Shown: positions 1 through 9,309 of the stretch, piece after piece
How positions within the stretch are numbered: the stretch's first letter is position 1
Layout of the letters: the number at the start of each line of letters is the position of its first letter
Assembly: GCA_035559675.1 (NCBI GenBank)
Contig: DATMAZ010000220.1
Span: forward strand, 11,024-75,023
From: Candidatus Limnocylindria bacterium
GTDB taxonomy: Bacteria > Desulfobacterota > Binatia > DP-6
DNA length: 64,000 nt
Direction: 5' to 3'
Position numbers and translations under genes: made by a program
The notes under the pieces: generated by a model
What the model was told of the DNA's origin: nothing
The model's input: only the letters and a program-made list of their open reading frames with translations
Databases searched by the model: none

Positions 1-9
1 CGGCTGCGG

Positions 10-1248
10 TCACGCCCCTGCTCCGTGCGCGCTCGCCGGGACCGCGGCCGCCGCGGGTCCGGCCCACGCGAACGCCGGCGCCAGATCGGCGACGCCCTCG
101 AGCGTCGTGCTGCCCTCCACGATGAACGTGGCGAAGGTCGTGATCCAGTCGTAGACCACGTCTCCGGTGCGGCTGCCGGCGGCGACGCTCACCATGTAGG
201 CGCCGTTCGCCAGCGCCGCGGTGAACGGGATGCGCAGCTCGGCCCGCTCCCCGGGCGCGAAGCGCCGCGGCGGCAGGCCGGTCAGCGCACTGGTGGTCGA
301 GCACACCATCTGCCCCCCCGCCCAGACCACGAAGCCGAAGTTCGGATCGTCGACGGCGTCGTGCGCCTCGATCGCGAGCCGCAGCACGAGCCGCGTGCCC
401 GCCCGCACGCGCTTGGCCGGCGTGCCGTCTTCCTGCTCGAGCGCGCCGCCCGTGTAGCGGATGCGGCCGTCGCCGAGCCGCGGCGTCTCGCCGGCCTGCG
501 GCACCGTCACCTCGCTGCGCCCCTGCATGAAGGCGAGATAAAGGCTCACGACCTCCGGGGCCGGGCCCAGGTGGGCGACCCGGCCGCGGTCGAGCCAGCA
601 CACGCGCTCGCAGAAACGTTGAATCGTGGAGAGGTCGTGGCTCACGAGCACCAGCGTGCGGCCGGCGCGCCGCAGCTCCTCGAACACCGCGAAGCACTTG
701 CGCTGGAAGTGGGCGTCGCCCACCGCCAGCACCTCGTCGAGGAGCAGCGTGTCCGCGTCGGCCCGGAGCGCCGTCGCGAATGCCAGCCGAGCCGCCATGC
801 CGGAGGACAGGTTCTTCAGCTTGGCGTCGCGGAAGCGCTCGAGCTCGGCGAACGCGATGGCGGCCTCGGTGCGCGCCGCGAGCTCGGCCGGCGGGTAGCC
901 CAGCACGGCGCCGTACAGCTCGACGTTCTCCCGCACCGTGAGCTCGTGCTGGAAGCCGAGCCCCAGCTCGAGGAGCGGGGCCAGCGTGCCGGTCACCTGC
1001 ACGCGGCCGGTGTCCGGCACCAGCAGCCCGGCCATCACCTTCAGCAGCGTGGACTTGCCGGATCCGTTGGCGCCGATGATGCCGAACGTGCTGCCGCGCG
1101 GCACGGCGAGCGTGACGTCCTGGAGCGCGGCCAGCAGCTCGACCGGCACGGGCCGGAACGCCGCCAGCACGCCTTCGAGCAGCGTGGTGCGCCGTTCGTG
1201 CGGGATGCGGTAGGTTTTCGAGACCCCCGCGACCTCGATCGCGTTCAT
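10..1248 (-). CDS. wzt: Polysaccharide/O-antigen ABC transporter ATP-binding protein (Wzt/TagH-like) with a C-terminal carbohydrate-binding extension
   Basis: Walker A GANGSGKST, ABC signature LSSGM, Walker B LLLDE, and a ~170 aa C-terminal extension typical of Wzt. Its start abuts the stop of the upstream permease. Confidence 0.85.
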   Translation of the reverse strand: MNAIEVAGVSKTYRIPHERRTTLLEGVLAAFRPVPVELLAALQDVTLAVPRGSTFGIIGANGSGKSTLLKVMAGLLVPDTGRVQVTGTLAPLLELGLGFQHELTVRENVELYGAVLGYPPAELAARTEAAIAFAELERFRDAKLKNLSSGMAARLAFATALRADADTLLLDEVLAVGDAHFQRKCFAVFEELRRAGRTLVLVSHDLSTIQRFCERVCWLDRGRVAHLGPAPEVVSLYLAFMQGRSEVTVPQAGETPRLGDGRIRYTGGALEQEDGTPAKRVRAGTRLVLRLAIEAHDAVDDPNFGFVVWAGGQMVCSTTSALTGLPPRRFAPGERAELRIPFTAALANGAYMVSVAAGSRTGDVVYDWITTFATFIVEGSTTLEGVADLAPAFAWAGPAAAAVPASAHGAGA

Positions 1249-2007
1249 CTAATAGTGCTCGACCAGACGCGCCTGCAGGCGCCGGAAGGTGAGGGCGCCC
1301 ACGAGCAGCAGCAGGCCCACCATCACCGTCGTGCGGCCGACGGCCGCCCAGTCCGGCCATTGGCCGAGAATGACCACCTGGCGGCTGTGCTCGATGATGC
1401 GCGCCATGGGATTGTACTTGAGCAGCCAGCGCCAGCCGTCCGGCACGACGGTCTCGCGATAGATCACCGGGGTGAGCCAGAAGCCGATCTGCACCAGCAC
1501 GCCCCAGAGATAGCCCACGTCGTGGAAGCGCACGTGGAGCGGTGCCAGCAGCAGTGAGACGCCGAGCGTGAGCGCGATCAGATCCAGCAGCAGGACCGGG
1601 AAGGCGACGATCGGCGGGCGCACCGGCATGCCGGTCGCCGTCAAGACGATGACGAGCACGAGCAGGCTGATGGCGAAGGTCATGAGCGCGTTCAGCACGG
1701 CGGCGTAGACGATCACCTGGCGGGGAAAGGCCACCTTGGTCACGAGACTGGCGCGCGCCAGCAGCGAGGTCACGCCGTGCGCCGACCCGTCGGCGAAGAA
1801 CGTCCAGAGCACGATGCCGAGCAGCAGATAGGCGGCGTAGAAGGGAACGTCGAAGCGGATGAAGATCGAGAAGACGAGAAAGTACACCAGGGAGAAGATG
1901 AGCGGATTCACCACCGACCAGGCATAGCCCAGCACGGAGTGGGTGTAGCGGATCTTGAAGTCCTTGCGCGCCAGCTGCACCGTGAGATGCCAGTAGCGCC
2001 GGTCCAT
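1249..2007 (-). CDS. wzm: ABC-2 type polysaccharide transporter permease (Wzm/TagG-like)
   Basis: The 252 aa C-terminal part of ORF 1249..3276 (MDRRYWHLTVQLARKDFKIRY...) has six hydrophobic helices and an ABC-2 permease N-terminal motif. The in-frame ATG is at 2007; the remainder of the long ORF is antisense to the GT2 gene and was rejected. Confidence 0.85.
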   Translation of the reverse strand: MDRRYWHLTVQLARKDFKIRYTHSVLGYAWSVVNPLIFSLVYFLVFSIFIRFDVPFYAAYLLLGIVLWTFFADGSAHGVTSLLARASLVTKVAFPRQVIVYAAVLNALMTFAISLLVLVIVLTATGMPVRPPIVAFPVLLLDLIALTLGVSLLLAPLHVRFHDVGYLWGVLVQIGFWLTPVIYRETVVPDGWRWLLKYNPMARIIEHSRQVVILGQWPDWAAVGRTTVMVGLLLLVGALTFRRLQARLVEHY

Positions 2008-2133
2008 GGTCTCCGTCCCATAACAGGGAGGCCCGAGAAGCGGCAACTCGCGCGAAGCGCACGGCAGATGCCGTGTGCGTTGACCGTCCACGGACGGCCT
2101 GCGTAGGATTCCTCGGCGTCGACGCCTTCCGCC

Positions 2134-3375
2134 GTGCGGTTGCCTTTCGAACGTTTGCTCCCCGATCGGATTCGCCGCCGGCGACCCTGGCGGGAGTCCA
2201 CGCTGCCGCTCGCCGGACGCGACGTCTGGATCGTGGTGCTCAACTGGAACCGGCGGGACGAGACGCTCGCCTGCCTCGCGAGCCTGGCGCACGCGGCGCT
2301 CGACGGCGCCACCGTCGTCGTCGTGGACAACGGCTCGCGCGACGGCACGGTCGACGCCGTGCGCGCCGCGTACCCGGCGGTGCGGGTCGTGGCGCTGGGC
2401 GAGAACCGCGGCTTTGCGGGCGGCTGCAACGCCGGCATCCGGGCCGCGCTCGACGCCGGCGCGGGGGCCGTGTTGCTGCTCAACAACGACACCGAGGTCG
2501 CGCCAGACTTCCTGGCGCCGCTGCTCGAGGTGATGAACCACATGCCGCGCGCCGCGGCCGTGGCGGGCGCCGTGTTTCGGGCAGACTCCCCCGAGGTGCT
2601 CGACGTTGCCTGGCTCGACATCTACTTCGGCCACGGCATCGTGCGGCGCCGCGGGGTGAACGCACTCCCGGGGGAAGGCTACGACCAGGTGCGGCGCATC
2701 AGCGCCGGCGTAGGCTCGTTTCTCCTGCTGCGCGCGACGGCGCTGCGCCACGTCGGGCTCCTCGACGAGGCGTACTTCGCGTACCACGAGGAGGTCGACT
2801 GGTGCTATCGCGCGCAGCGTGCCGGCTACGTGATCGTCTACCAGCCGTACGCGCGTGTCTGGCATCGCGGATCGCGCAGCACCGCCGACCTCTCCCGCCC
2901 GCCGGCGCGGCGGTGGCGCGCCGACCGCCCGCAGCTCCCGAATCCCATCCCGCTCTCGTGGAATCCGGTGCGCACGTATCTCGGCGCGCGCAACTCGGTG
3001 CGCTTCGTGCGGCGCCACGGCACGTGGTGGCACAAGCTCTACTTCGTGGCCTCGAGCCTCTACGCCATTCCGCTCGATCTCCTGGCGGTGACCATGGGGC
3101 GCGAGGAGGAGGTGAAGCTCGGGCTCTGGACGTACCGCCGCGCGCTCGCGCTCTACTGCCTCGAGAACGAGCTGCGGGACGGCGAGCGCCCGACCTGGCG
3201 CACCTACGTGCGCGCTCTTTTGCACGCGCCGCGCCATCTCGTGGTCTCGCTGCCCGCCGACGTGCGCCGGGCGCACGCCGCCGGCATGACGGTCGAGGTC
3301 GTGGAGTGCCTGCGCGGTCTCCGAGACGGGTACTACGAGCGGCCGCTGCCGCTCGAGCGGCTGGGGCTTCGATGA
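2134..3375 (+). CDS. Family 2 glycosyltransferase (paralog A)
   Basis: Carries GT2 motifs (VVVDNGSRDGT, ENRGFAGGCNAGI, LLLNNDTEV). It is divergent from wzm and its stop overlaps the next start as ATGA. Confidence 0.85.
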   Translation: MRLPFERLLPDRIRRRRPWRESTLPLAGRDVWIVVLNWNRRDETLACLASLAHAALDGATVVVVDNGSRDGTVDAVRAAYPAVRVVALGENRGFAGGCNAGIRAALDAGAGAVLLLNNDTEVAPDFLAPLLEVMNHMPRAAAVAGAVFRADSPEVLDVAWLDIYFGHGIVRRRGVNALPGEGYDQVRRISAGVGSFLLLRATALRHVGLLDEAYFAYHEEVDWCYRAQRAGYVIVYQPYARVWHRGSRSTADLSRPPARRWRADRPQLPNPIPLSWNPVRTYLGARNSVRFVRRHGTWWHKLYFVASSLYAIPLDLLAVTMGREEEVKLGLWTYRRALALYCLENELRDGERPTWRTYVRALLHAPRHLVVSLPADVRRAHAAGMTVEVVECLRGLRDGYYERPLPLERLGLR

Positions 3376-4523
3376 ATCCCTCGCGCATCACCATCATCGT
3401 GCTCAACTGGAACCTGCGCGACGCGACGCTTGCGTGCCTCGCGAGCCTCGAGCGGGCGCAGCTCCACGGCGCGCATGTGCTCGTGGTCGACAACGGCTCG
3501 CGCGACGGCTCGGTCGACGCCATCCGGGCCCGCTTCCCGGCGGTCGAGGTGCTGGCGCTGCCCGAGAACCGGGGCTACGCGGGCGGCAACAACGCCGGCA
3601 TCCGGCTGGCGCTCGAGCGCGGCGCCGAAGGGGTGCTGCTACTCAACAACGACACCGAGGTGGCCCCGAACTTCCTGCCGCCGCTGCTGGCGGCCATGGA
3701 CTCGCTGCCCGGGACGGCGGTGGTGTCGAGCTCGATCCTGCGGCACGACCGGCCCGAGCTGCTCGATTGCGCGTACGCGGACGTGCGCTTCGACCGCCGC
3801 CACGTCGTGCAGCTCGTGGGCGTGAATGCGGTCGTGGGGGATGGGTTCGCGGGCCGGCTCGAAGTGCCCATCGCGATCGGCTGCAGCGTGCTGATCCGCG
3901 CCGAGGCCTTTCGTACTGCCGGGCTCTTCGACGAGGGATACTTCGCCTACCACGAGGACGTCGACTGGTGTCTGCGCGCCGCCAAGTGGGGCTATCGCAT
4001 GCTCTACGAGCCGGAGTCGCGCGTCTATCACCGTCGCTCGGCGAGCACCGGACGCCCGCGGCCCACCTACCGGTCGCCGCCGCGCCCCGCCGAGCCGGCC
4101 TTGCCGAACGCCGAGCCGGCGCCCTGGAATCCCGTGCGCGCCTATCTCGGCGCGCGCAACACGGTGCGTCTGCTGCGCGCGCACGCGACGACGCGCGAAA
4201 AGCGCGCGTTTCTCGCCGCCTGCGTCCGCGAGCTGCCGCTCGAGCTGCTCGCTGTCGTGTTCGGCCGCGAAGGGTGGCTCGTGCTCGGCCGCTGGGGGTG
4301 GCGGGACATGCTGCGCGACGCGACGGCCGGCCGGCACGCCGCCGGCACGGCCCGCCTCGCGCGCCTCGCCTGGCTGCCGTACGACCTCCTGATCGCCACG
4401 CCGCGCGACCTGTGGCGCGCTTGGCGGAGCGGCGCCTTGGAGCAGGTGGGCGCCGTGGTGCGCGGGCTGCGCGACGGCTATCTCCGCCGGCCGCTTCCGC
4501 TGGAACGGCTCGGCCTGCGCTGA
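3372..4523 (+). CDS. Family 2 glycosyltransferase (paralog B, tandem duplicate)
   Basis: The in-frame ATG at 3372 (MNPSRITIIVLNWN...) lies inside ORF 2073..4523. It has the same GT2 motifs and the same C-terminus (RPLPLERLGLR) as paralog A. Confidence 0.85.
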   Translation: MNPSRITIIVLNWNLRDATLACLASLERAQLHGAHVLVVDNGSRDGSVDAIRARFPAVEVLALPENRGYAGGNNAGIRLALERGAEGVLLLNNDTEVAPNFLPPLLAAMDSLPGTAVVSSSILRHDRPELLDCAYADVRFDRRHVVQLVGVNAVVGDGFAGRLEVPIAIGCSVLIRAEAFRTAGLFDEGYFAYHEDVDWCLRAAKWGYRMLYEPESRVYHRRSASTGRPRPTYRSPPRPAEPALPNAEPAPWNPVRAYLGARNTVRLLRAHATTREKRAFLAACVRELPLELLAVVFGREGWLVLGRWGWRDMLRDATAGRHAAGTARLARLAWLPYDLLIATPRDLWRAWRSGALEQVGAVVRGLRDGYLRRPLPLERLGLR

Positions 4524-4717
4524 GGCCCCTCCCGAAGACCCCCGGGCAGGGCGGCGGCCCGTTCCAAATGTCGAGAAGCCGCCCCGAGTGGCTTCGTAGC
4601 CGTGCAAGGCGCCGGCGCGCCGAAGGGCACTCCCAGCCGGCATGGATGATGCTTGCGTGTAAGCGTATGACGACCTCCGATACCGCATCGCCGTTGTTAC
4701 CGGTCCGCCGCATAGCC

Positions 4718-4918
4718 ATGGCGGCTCTCTTCAGCCTTCTGGTGGGCGTGGCGCTCGCCACCCGTCTCACGGGTCCGGGCCACGGCGTGGTCTGGGTCAT
4801 CACCGCCATGTTCATCGGTACCGGCTTCGCGCTCCTCGGCAGCCTCGGCGCCGCGCTGGTGCCCATGCGGCGTCGTCCGGACGCCGAGTCCGCCGCCGGC
4901 GTCAGTCGCGCCGCCTAA
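4718..4918 (+). CDS. Small two-helix membrane protein (hypothetical)
   Basis: MAALFSLLVGVALATRLTGPGHGVVWVITAMFIGTGFALLGSLGAAL is the C-terminal part of off-frame ORF 3434..4918. It has two hydrophobic helices; the start is uncertain. Confidence 0.35.
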   Translation: MAALFSLLVGVALATRLTGPGHGVVWVITAMFIGTGFALLGSLGAALVPMRRRPDAESAAGVSRAA

Positions 4919-5165
4919 CGGGCGCATCGCCACCCTCTCCCGTTCCCGCGTGCCGAGAGATCGGCTACGCGAACGAACGGTGAGGCCCGACGGCCGAAGC
5001 GGCCTTCAGTCGGGAATGGAGGGGACGGCGGCGAGATTCAGAGCACCCATGTCCTTGGGTGGATCGGCAGGCCCGGCGGCCCCAACAATGTGGACGCCCC
5101 GCCGACACCGCCGAGTAAGCAACCGCACTCGCAAGTCGGCCGCCTGACCGTTACAATCGCGTGTC

Positions 5166-6071
5166 ATGACGGGCAAGCGGTGGCGATGGAAACGGACGGC
5201 GGCAGGGGCGATCGCGCTATGCGTCATCACGGGATGCGGCGGAGAGCCGGAGAAGGCTCCGCCGCCGCCGACGCTGGCGTCTTTACCCGCGGCACCGGCC
5301 GCGGCTTCGCCAACCGGGCCTCAGGCAGCCCCGCCGACCACCGCTCCGCCCGCACCCGTCGCGCAGGCGCCCCGCGCCATTCCCACGGTCGAGGTGAAAG
5401 AACACGCCGACCTGGTGTCGTTCTCGAACTGGCGGTGGAAGGACGCCGAGCAAAGGCAGCTCGCGGTCGAGGTGAAGCTCCCCAAGGGACCGATTGCCTT
5501 CATCCGATACGACTTCAACACGGCGGACGGCTACGTTGCCTCCGGGTTCCTTCCCGGCAGTGCCTTCGTCGCCGGCGAGGCCACGCAGACGGCCTTCTTC
5601 CCGCCCGCCACGGGCGTCGCCGCGGGCGGTAAGACGATCGTTCCCGACGTGAGCCAGGCGACGCGGCTCACCATCTACGTCGATCCGCTGCCCACGGACG
5701 CCGTGCCCGCGGGGCAGCCGGCCTGGGTGGGTCCGCACGCCACGGCGTGCGAACAGGGCTCGGTCCCGGACTGCAAGACGCTCGCCGCCGCCTACCGGAC
5801 CGGCCGCAGCGATGAAGGCGCTGTCAAAGCCGACGAAACGCTCGCCACCCACTACCGCAATCGCTTCGTCGCGCTCGGTCAGACCACTTGCGCTCTCGGC
5901 GCCACCGAGACGTGTTTTCTTCTCGGCCTCGCCTTGGTCGGAGGCGACGATGCGCCCAAGGATCCCGATCGCGGCGTGGCGTTTGTCCAGAAGGCGTGCG
6001 GAATGGGCCTGCAGGCGGCCTGCGACTGGCAGGTGGCCAATCTGGACGCTATCCAGGCGCTTGCCGAGTGA
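5166..6071 (+). CDS. Lipoprotein with C-terminal Sel1-like repeats carrying paired cysteines (Hcp-like)
   Basis: Signal peptide plus lipobox (ALCVITGC) and a Pro/Ala-rich linker. The C-terminus has three Cys-X7-9-Cys pairs in Sel1-like helical repeats (ACEQGSVPDC, TCALGATETC, ACGMGLQAAC). Confidence 0.6.
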   Translation: MTGKRWRWKRTAAGAIALCVITGCGGEPEKAPPPPTLASLPAAPAAASPTGPQAAPPTTAPPAPVAQAPRAIPTVEVKEHADLVSFSNWRWKDAEQRQLAVEVKLPKGPIAFIRYDFNTADGYVASGFLPGSAFVAGEATQTAFFPPATGVAAGGKTIVPDVSQATRLTIYVDPLPTDAVPAGQPAWVGPHATACEQGSVPDCKTLAAAYRTGRSDEGAVKADETLATHYRNRFVALGQTTCALGATETCFLLGLALVGGDDAPKDPDRGVAFVQKACGMGLQAACDWQVANLDAIQALAE

Positions 6072-6357
6072 GCGCCCGGGCCCGGGGAAAGAGCCGGGGG
6101 CGGGTCGTGCAGGCCGAGATTGCCCAGCACGTCGATGATGGCCGCCACTACCAGGCGGGCAAGTCACTTGTGGTTGGCGGGGCAGTGGAGCCGGACCGCC
6201 GTGCAGCACGCCCCCCCTGCTCCCGAGACAGCTACGCCGCGCGCCGGGCACGGGGCCACTCACACGGGCTTGCGTTGCGCACGAGGACGGTCGCGGTCGG
6301 CGCGCGACGACGGCCGCCCAAGACGGGGCTGCCCGTTGCGCGTGCGGCGTCGAGTCG

Positions 6358-7305
6358 TCAGCGGGCACGGGCGATCACCGTGATGGTGCCGCACAAGAGC
6401 CACGGAACCCGGTGGATGAGGGGGCCGATGATCCGGGTCGCCAGGGGAGGCAGCACGAACAGCGTTGCCGGCGGCGTGGGCTTGAAGGGGTCGAAGATCA
6501 GGTTGTGATAGTCCACCCAGACGCCGACGTTCTTCGGCGGCTTGCGGTCGTTCGGGTGCGCCGAGATCGGCTCGAAGCCCGCCGCCTCGAGAAACCCCAG
6601 CACCTCGCGATGGGTGTAGCGGTATTCCGAGAAGCCCAGCGTCCAGCCGGCGCGCCGTCGGCGCGCCGTCACCCAGGTCTGCAGGTGATTCATCACCAGG
6701 CGGCGCAGCCAGTTGTCGTAGGGGACGTCCAGGATGAGCGTGCCGCCTGGCTTCAGCACCCGATGCAGCTCGCGCAGTGATGCGAGCGGGCCCTCCTCTT
6801 CGTGCTCGACGACGCCTTCGGAGAGCACGGCGTCGAGCACGTGGCTGCGCAGCGGCATGCACCGAGCATCGGCTACCACGAGGGGTACCGCCGGGTCCCG
6901 GTCGCGCGCCAGCTCGAGTGCCGCGCGGCTCAAATCGAGCCCGACGGCGTGATGTCCCAGGCGGCGGAGCGCGATCGGCCACTTGCCCATCCCGCATCCC
7001 GCGTCCACCACGCGGGCCTGGGGCGGCAGACTGGCGAGCACGACGTCGTAGGTTAGCTCGGCGTCGACGTCGTCCGCCGGCGCCTGGGACTCGACGCGCC
7101 AGGTCACCTGGCTCCACGCGATAGGGTCCAGCGCCGCAGGAAGTTCCAGCTTGTAGCTCAGGGACGCGATAGCTAGCGGCCGATCGGAAAGCGTGTCAAC
7201 GCCGCGCGCGGGGGGCAGGTTTTGCGGCAGGGGGGTTGACGCGGTGGGGCGCCGACTTACTGTCGACAACGGACATCGCGAAAGGAGGTGAAGATTGTAT
7301 GGCAC
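6358..7305 (-). CDS. Class I SAM-dependent methyltransferase
   Basis: Has motif I VVDAGCGMGKW and the post-I acidic motif, plus LKPGGTLIL. The start is uncertain: the maximal ORF start at 7305 would overlap the hsp20 start and RBS, so an internal GTG such as 7107 is the more likely start. Confidence 0.7.
   Translation of the reverse strand: MPYNLHLLSRCPLSTVSRRPTASTPLPQNLPPARGVDTLSDRPLAIASLSYKLELPAALDPIAWSQVTWRVESQAPADDVDAELTYDVVLASLPPQARVVDAGCGMGKWPIALRRLGHHAVGLDLSRAALELARDRDPAVPLVVADARCMPLRSHVLDAVLSEGVVEHEEEGPLASLRELHRVLKPGGTLILDVPYDNWLRRLVMNHLQTWVTARRRRAGWTLGFSEYRYTHREVLGFLEAAGFEPISAHPNDRKPPKNVGVWVDYHNLIFDPFKPTPPATLFVLPPLATRIIGPLIHRVPWLLCGTITVIARAR
7281..7290 (+). promoter_or_regulatory. 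Strong Shine-Dalgarno (AAAGGAGGTG) for hsp20
   Basis: Perfect RBS 8 nt upstream of the ATG at 7299. Confidence 0.6.
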
Positions 7306-7793
7306 TGCCCAGTCTCTGGAGGCGCGGCCGGAACGATCGTGACGTGACCGTCCGACGGGCCGAAAATCCTTTCCTGTCCCTGCAGCGGGAGATGAACAGC
7401 CTGTTCGAGGAGTTTTGGCGGGGATTCGACCTGCGCATGCCGTTCGGTGACGGTGAGTGGTCGACCTTCGAGCCGCGCATCGATCTCGAGGAGACGGCCG
7501 ACAGCCTGTTCGTGACCGCCGAGTTGCCGGGGCTCGACGAGAAGGATTTCGAGGTGAGCCTCGACGGCGATCTGCTGGTGCTCCGCGGCGAGAAGCGCGT
7601 GGAGCGTGAAGACAAGGCGGCCGGATGGCACGAGCGCAGCTACGGCTCGTTCCATCGCGCTATCGCGCTGCCCTGCGAAGTCGACGTCGACAAGGTGTCG
7701 GCGCGATTCAAGAACGGGGTGCTACGCGTGGACCTGCCGAAGGCCCCGCAGGCGCGCGAGCAGCGCAAGCGCATCCCGGTTTCGGCTAGCTGA
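7299..7793 (+). CDS. Small heat shock protein, Hsp20/alpha-crystallin family
   Basis: ACD domain motifs (EPRIDLEETADSLFVTAELPGLDEKDFEVSLDGDLLVLRGEK... GSFHRAIALP... NGVLRVDLPK). Confidence 0.9.
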   Translation: MALPSLWRRGRNDRDVTVRRAENPFLSLQREMNSLFEEFWRGFDLRMPFGDGEWSTFEPRIDLEETADSLFVTAELPGLDEKDFEVSLDGDLLVLRGEKRVEREDKAAGWHERSYGSFHRAIALPCEVDVDKVSARFKNGVLRVDLPKAPQAREQRKRIPVSAS

Positions 7794-7804
7794 CGGCCGC
7801 GGCG

Positions 7805-7830
7805 CCGGTTCCCGCCCGCGCGGGAGCCGG
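7805..7830 (+). terminator. GC-rich hairpin downstream of hsp20 (putative intrinsic terminator, no U-tract)
   Basis: ccggttcccgc-ccgc-gcgggagccgg forms an 11 bp stem (one G-U pair) with a 4 nt loop, 12 nt after the stop. Confidence 0.35.
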
Positions 7831-7887
7831 CGCGGCCCGCAAGGGCGCTTCCGCTAGCGGTGCGCTCCAAAGCGTGCCAAAGCGGGC

Positions 7888-9309
7888 GTGATGCGTGGCG
7901 TCTGCCTGCTGCTTCTGTTAGCGGCGATGGCTGCATGCCGCGGAGAGACGGCGCCTTCGCGACGCCCGAACGTGCTGCTGGTCGTTGCCGACACGCTGCG
8001 CGCTGACCGGCTCGGCGCATATGGCAACCGCCGCGGGCTCACGCCGTTTCTAGATGAGCTGGCGGCGCGGGGATGGGTGGCGCGGCGCGCGCGTGCCCAG
8101 GCGTCCTGGACCAATCCGTCCGTGGCGTCCATTCTGACGTCGCGCTATCAGTCGCAGCACGGCATCGTGGACTTCGCTTCGGTGCTGCCGTCGGCCGAGC
8201 TGACGCTGGCGGAGGTGCTGCAGTCGGCCGGGTATGCCACCGCTGCGTTCTCGGCCAACGGCCTGATCGGGGCGACCAACGGCTTCGCCCAAGGGTTCGA
8301 TCGCTTCGAGGCGCATCTGCTGGCACATGACGACGCGCCGGCGTATCTGCGCGTGCCGGTGCGCACCGATCGACTCGCCGCCGACGCCTTGGCCTGGCTC
8401 GACGGCGTCTGGCGCGAGGCGCCCGCGACACCGGTGTTTCTGTACGTACAGCCGATGGAGCCGCACTCGCCGTACGCGCCGCCGCCGGACGTGCTGGCGC
8501 GGGTGCGCGGCGCCAAGCCGCCCGTCGACTTGCGGCGCGCGAGCGAGACCATGTTCATCGACGCCACGAATCCGGTGGACCACGAGCAGCTCGACGAGAT
8601 CCTCGACGCCTACAACGCGTCGGTCGCGGCCATGGACGCAGCGCTGGCGGAGCTCTTCGCCGCGCTGGAGGCCCGGGGCTTCTTCGATCAGGCGGTCGTC
8701 GTGGTGACCGCCGATCACGGGGAGGAGTTCCAGGAGCACGGCGCTCGCGGACACGGCCGGACGCTGTTCGACGAGACGATCCACGTGCCGCTGATCATCG
8801 TGCCGCCCGGCGACGGGGGCCCGGGGGTCGTCGAGCACCTGGTATCGTCAATCGACATCGCGCCCACGATCCTCGAGCTAGCCGGCGTGCCGGTGCCGGC
8901 GCGCTTCGCGGGCCGATCCTTCGCGTCGAGCCTGCAGGGCGGTATCGGGGGCCGCGTGCGCCGCGCGCTGGTGTCGTGGCGGGGCGACCCGTCCCAGCCG
9001 GCGTCCTACAGCGAGCACCTGCGGCCGCCGGGCGAAGCGGTCGCACCCGCCACCTCCCACCAGCGCGCGCTGGTGGTGGACGATCTCAAGCTGATCGGCT
9101 GGCGCGATGGGGCGCGGCGCTTCTATGACTTGCGCGTGGACCCCGGCGAGCACGCGCCCAACACTGTAGAGGATGCCGATCGCGCCCGGCTGGAAGCCGC
9201 GCTGGCTGAGATGGAGGCGCGCGCCCGGCTCGACGCGTCGCCGCCCGAGACCCGCGCGCCGGATGCCCGCACGCTGCAGGCGCTCGAAGCGCTGGGATAC
9301 GTCCAGTGA
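7888..9309 (+). CDS. Sulfatase-family enzyme (arylsulfatase / phosphoglycerol-transferase-like), secreted or lipoprotein
   Basis: Signal peptide and sulfatase N-terminal motif (LLVVADTLRADRLGAYG, ASWTNPSVASILTS). The metal-site residues are conserved. Confidence 0.8.
   Translation: MMRGVCLLLLLAAMAACRGETAPSRRPNVLLVVADTLRADRLGAYGNRRGLTPFLDELAARGWVARRARAQASWTNPSVASILTSRYQSQHGIVDFASVLPSAELTLAEVLQSAGYATAAFSANGLIGATNGFAQGFDRFEAHLLAHDDAPAYLRVPVRTDRLAADALAWLDGVWREAPATPVFLYVQPMEPHSPYAPPPDVLARVRGAKPPVDLRRASETMFIDATNPVDHEQLDEILDAYNASVAAMDAALAELFAALEARGFFDQAVVVVTADHGEEFQEHGARGHGRTLFDETIHVPLIIVPPGDGGPGVVEHLVSSIDIAPTILELAGVPVPARFAGRSFASSLQGGIGGRVRRALVSWRGDPSQPASYSEHLRPPGEAVAPATSHQRALVVDDLKLIGWRDGARRFYDLRVDPGEHAPNTVEDADRARLEAALAEMEARARLDASPPETRAPDARTLQALEALGYVQ

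Noticed and set aside
2008-3276. N-terminal 420 aa extension of the wzm ORF (1249..3276)
   Set aside because: It is antisense to the strongly supported GT2 gene 2134..3375. The real permease starts at the ATG at 2007, as indicated by the ABC-2 N-terminal motif.
2073-3371. 5' 433 codons of ORF 2073..4523
   Set aside because: It is an off-frame read-through across GT2 paralog A. Paralog B starts at the ATG at 3372, which overlaps paralog A's stop.
4950-5165. Small ORFs at 4950..5147 and 5006..5230 between the GT2 locus and the lipoprotein gene
   Set aside because: They are short, overlap each other on opposite strands, and have no motifs. They are treated as the non-coding promoter region of the lipoprotein gene.
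6075-6087. Self-complementary CCCGGGCCCGGG between the lipoprotein and the methyltransferase, as an intrinsic terminator
   Set aside because: It is a palindrome without a loop or U-tract. It is more likely a chance GC-rich restriction-site-like repeat.
7236-7298. Longer hsp20 start at 7236 (MTRWGADLL...)
   Set aside because: The internal ATG at 7299 has a perfect AAAGGAGGTG RBS and gives a canonical-length Hsp20. The upstream extension has no homology.
7108-7305. Methyltransferase start at 7305
   Set aside because: It would overlap the hsp20 RBS and start codon on the opposite strand. An internal start such as GTG 7107 is more plausible, but this is unresolved without homolog alignment.
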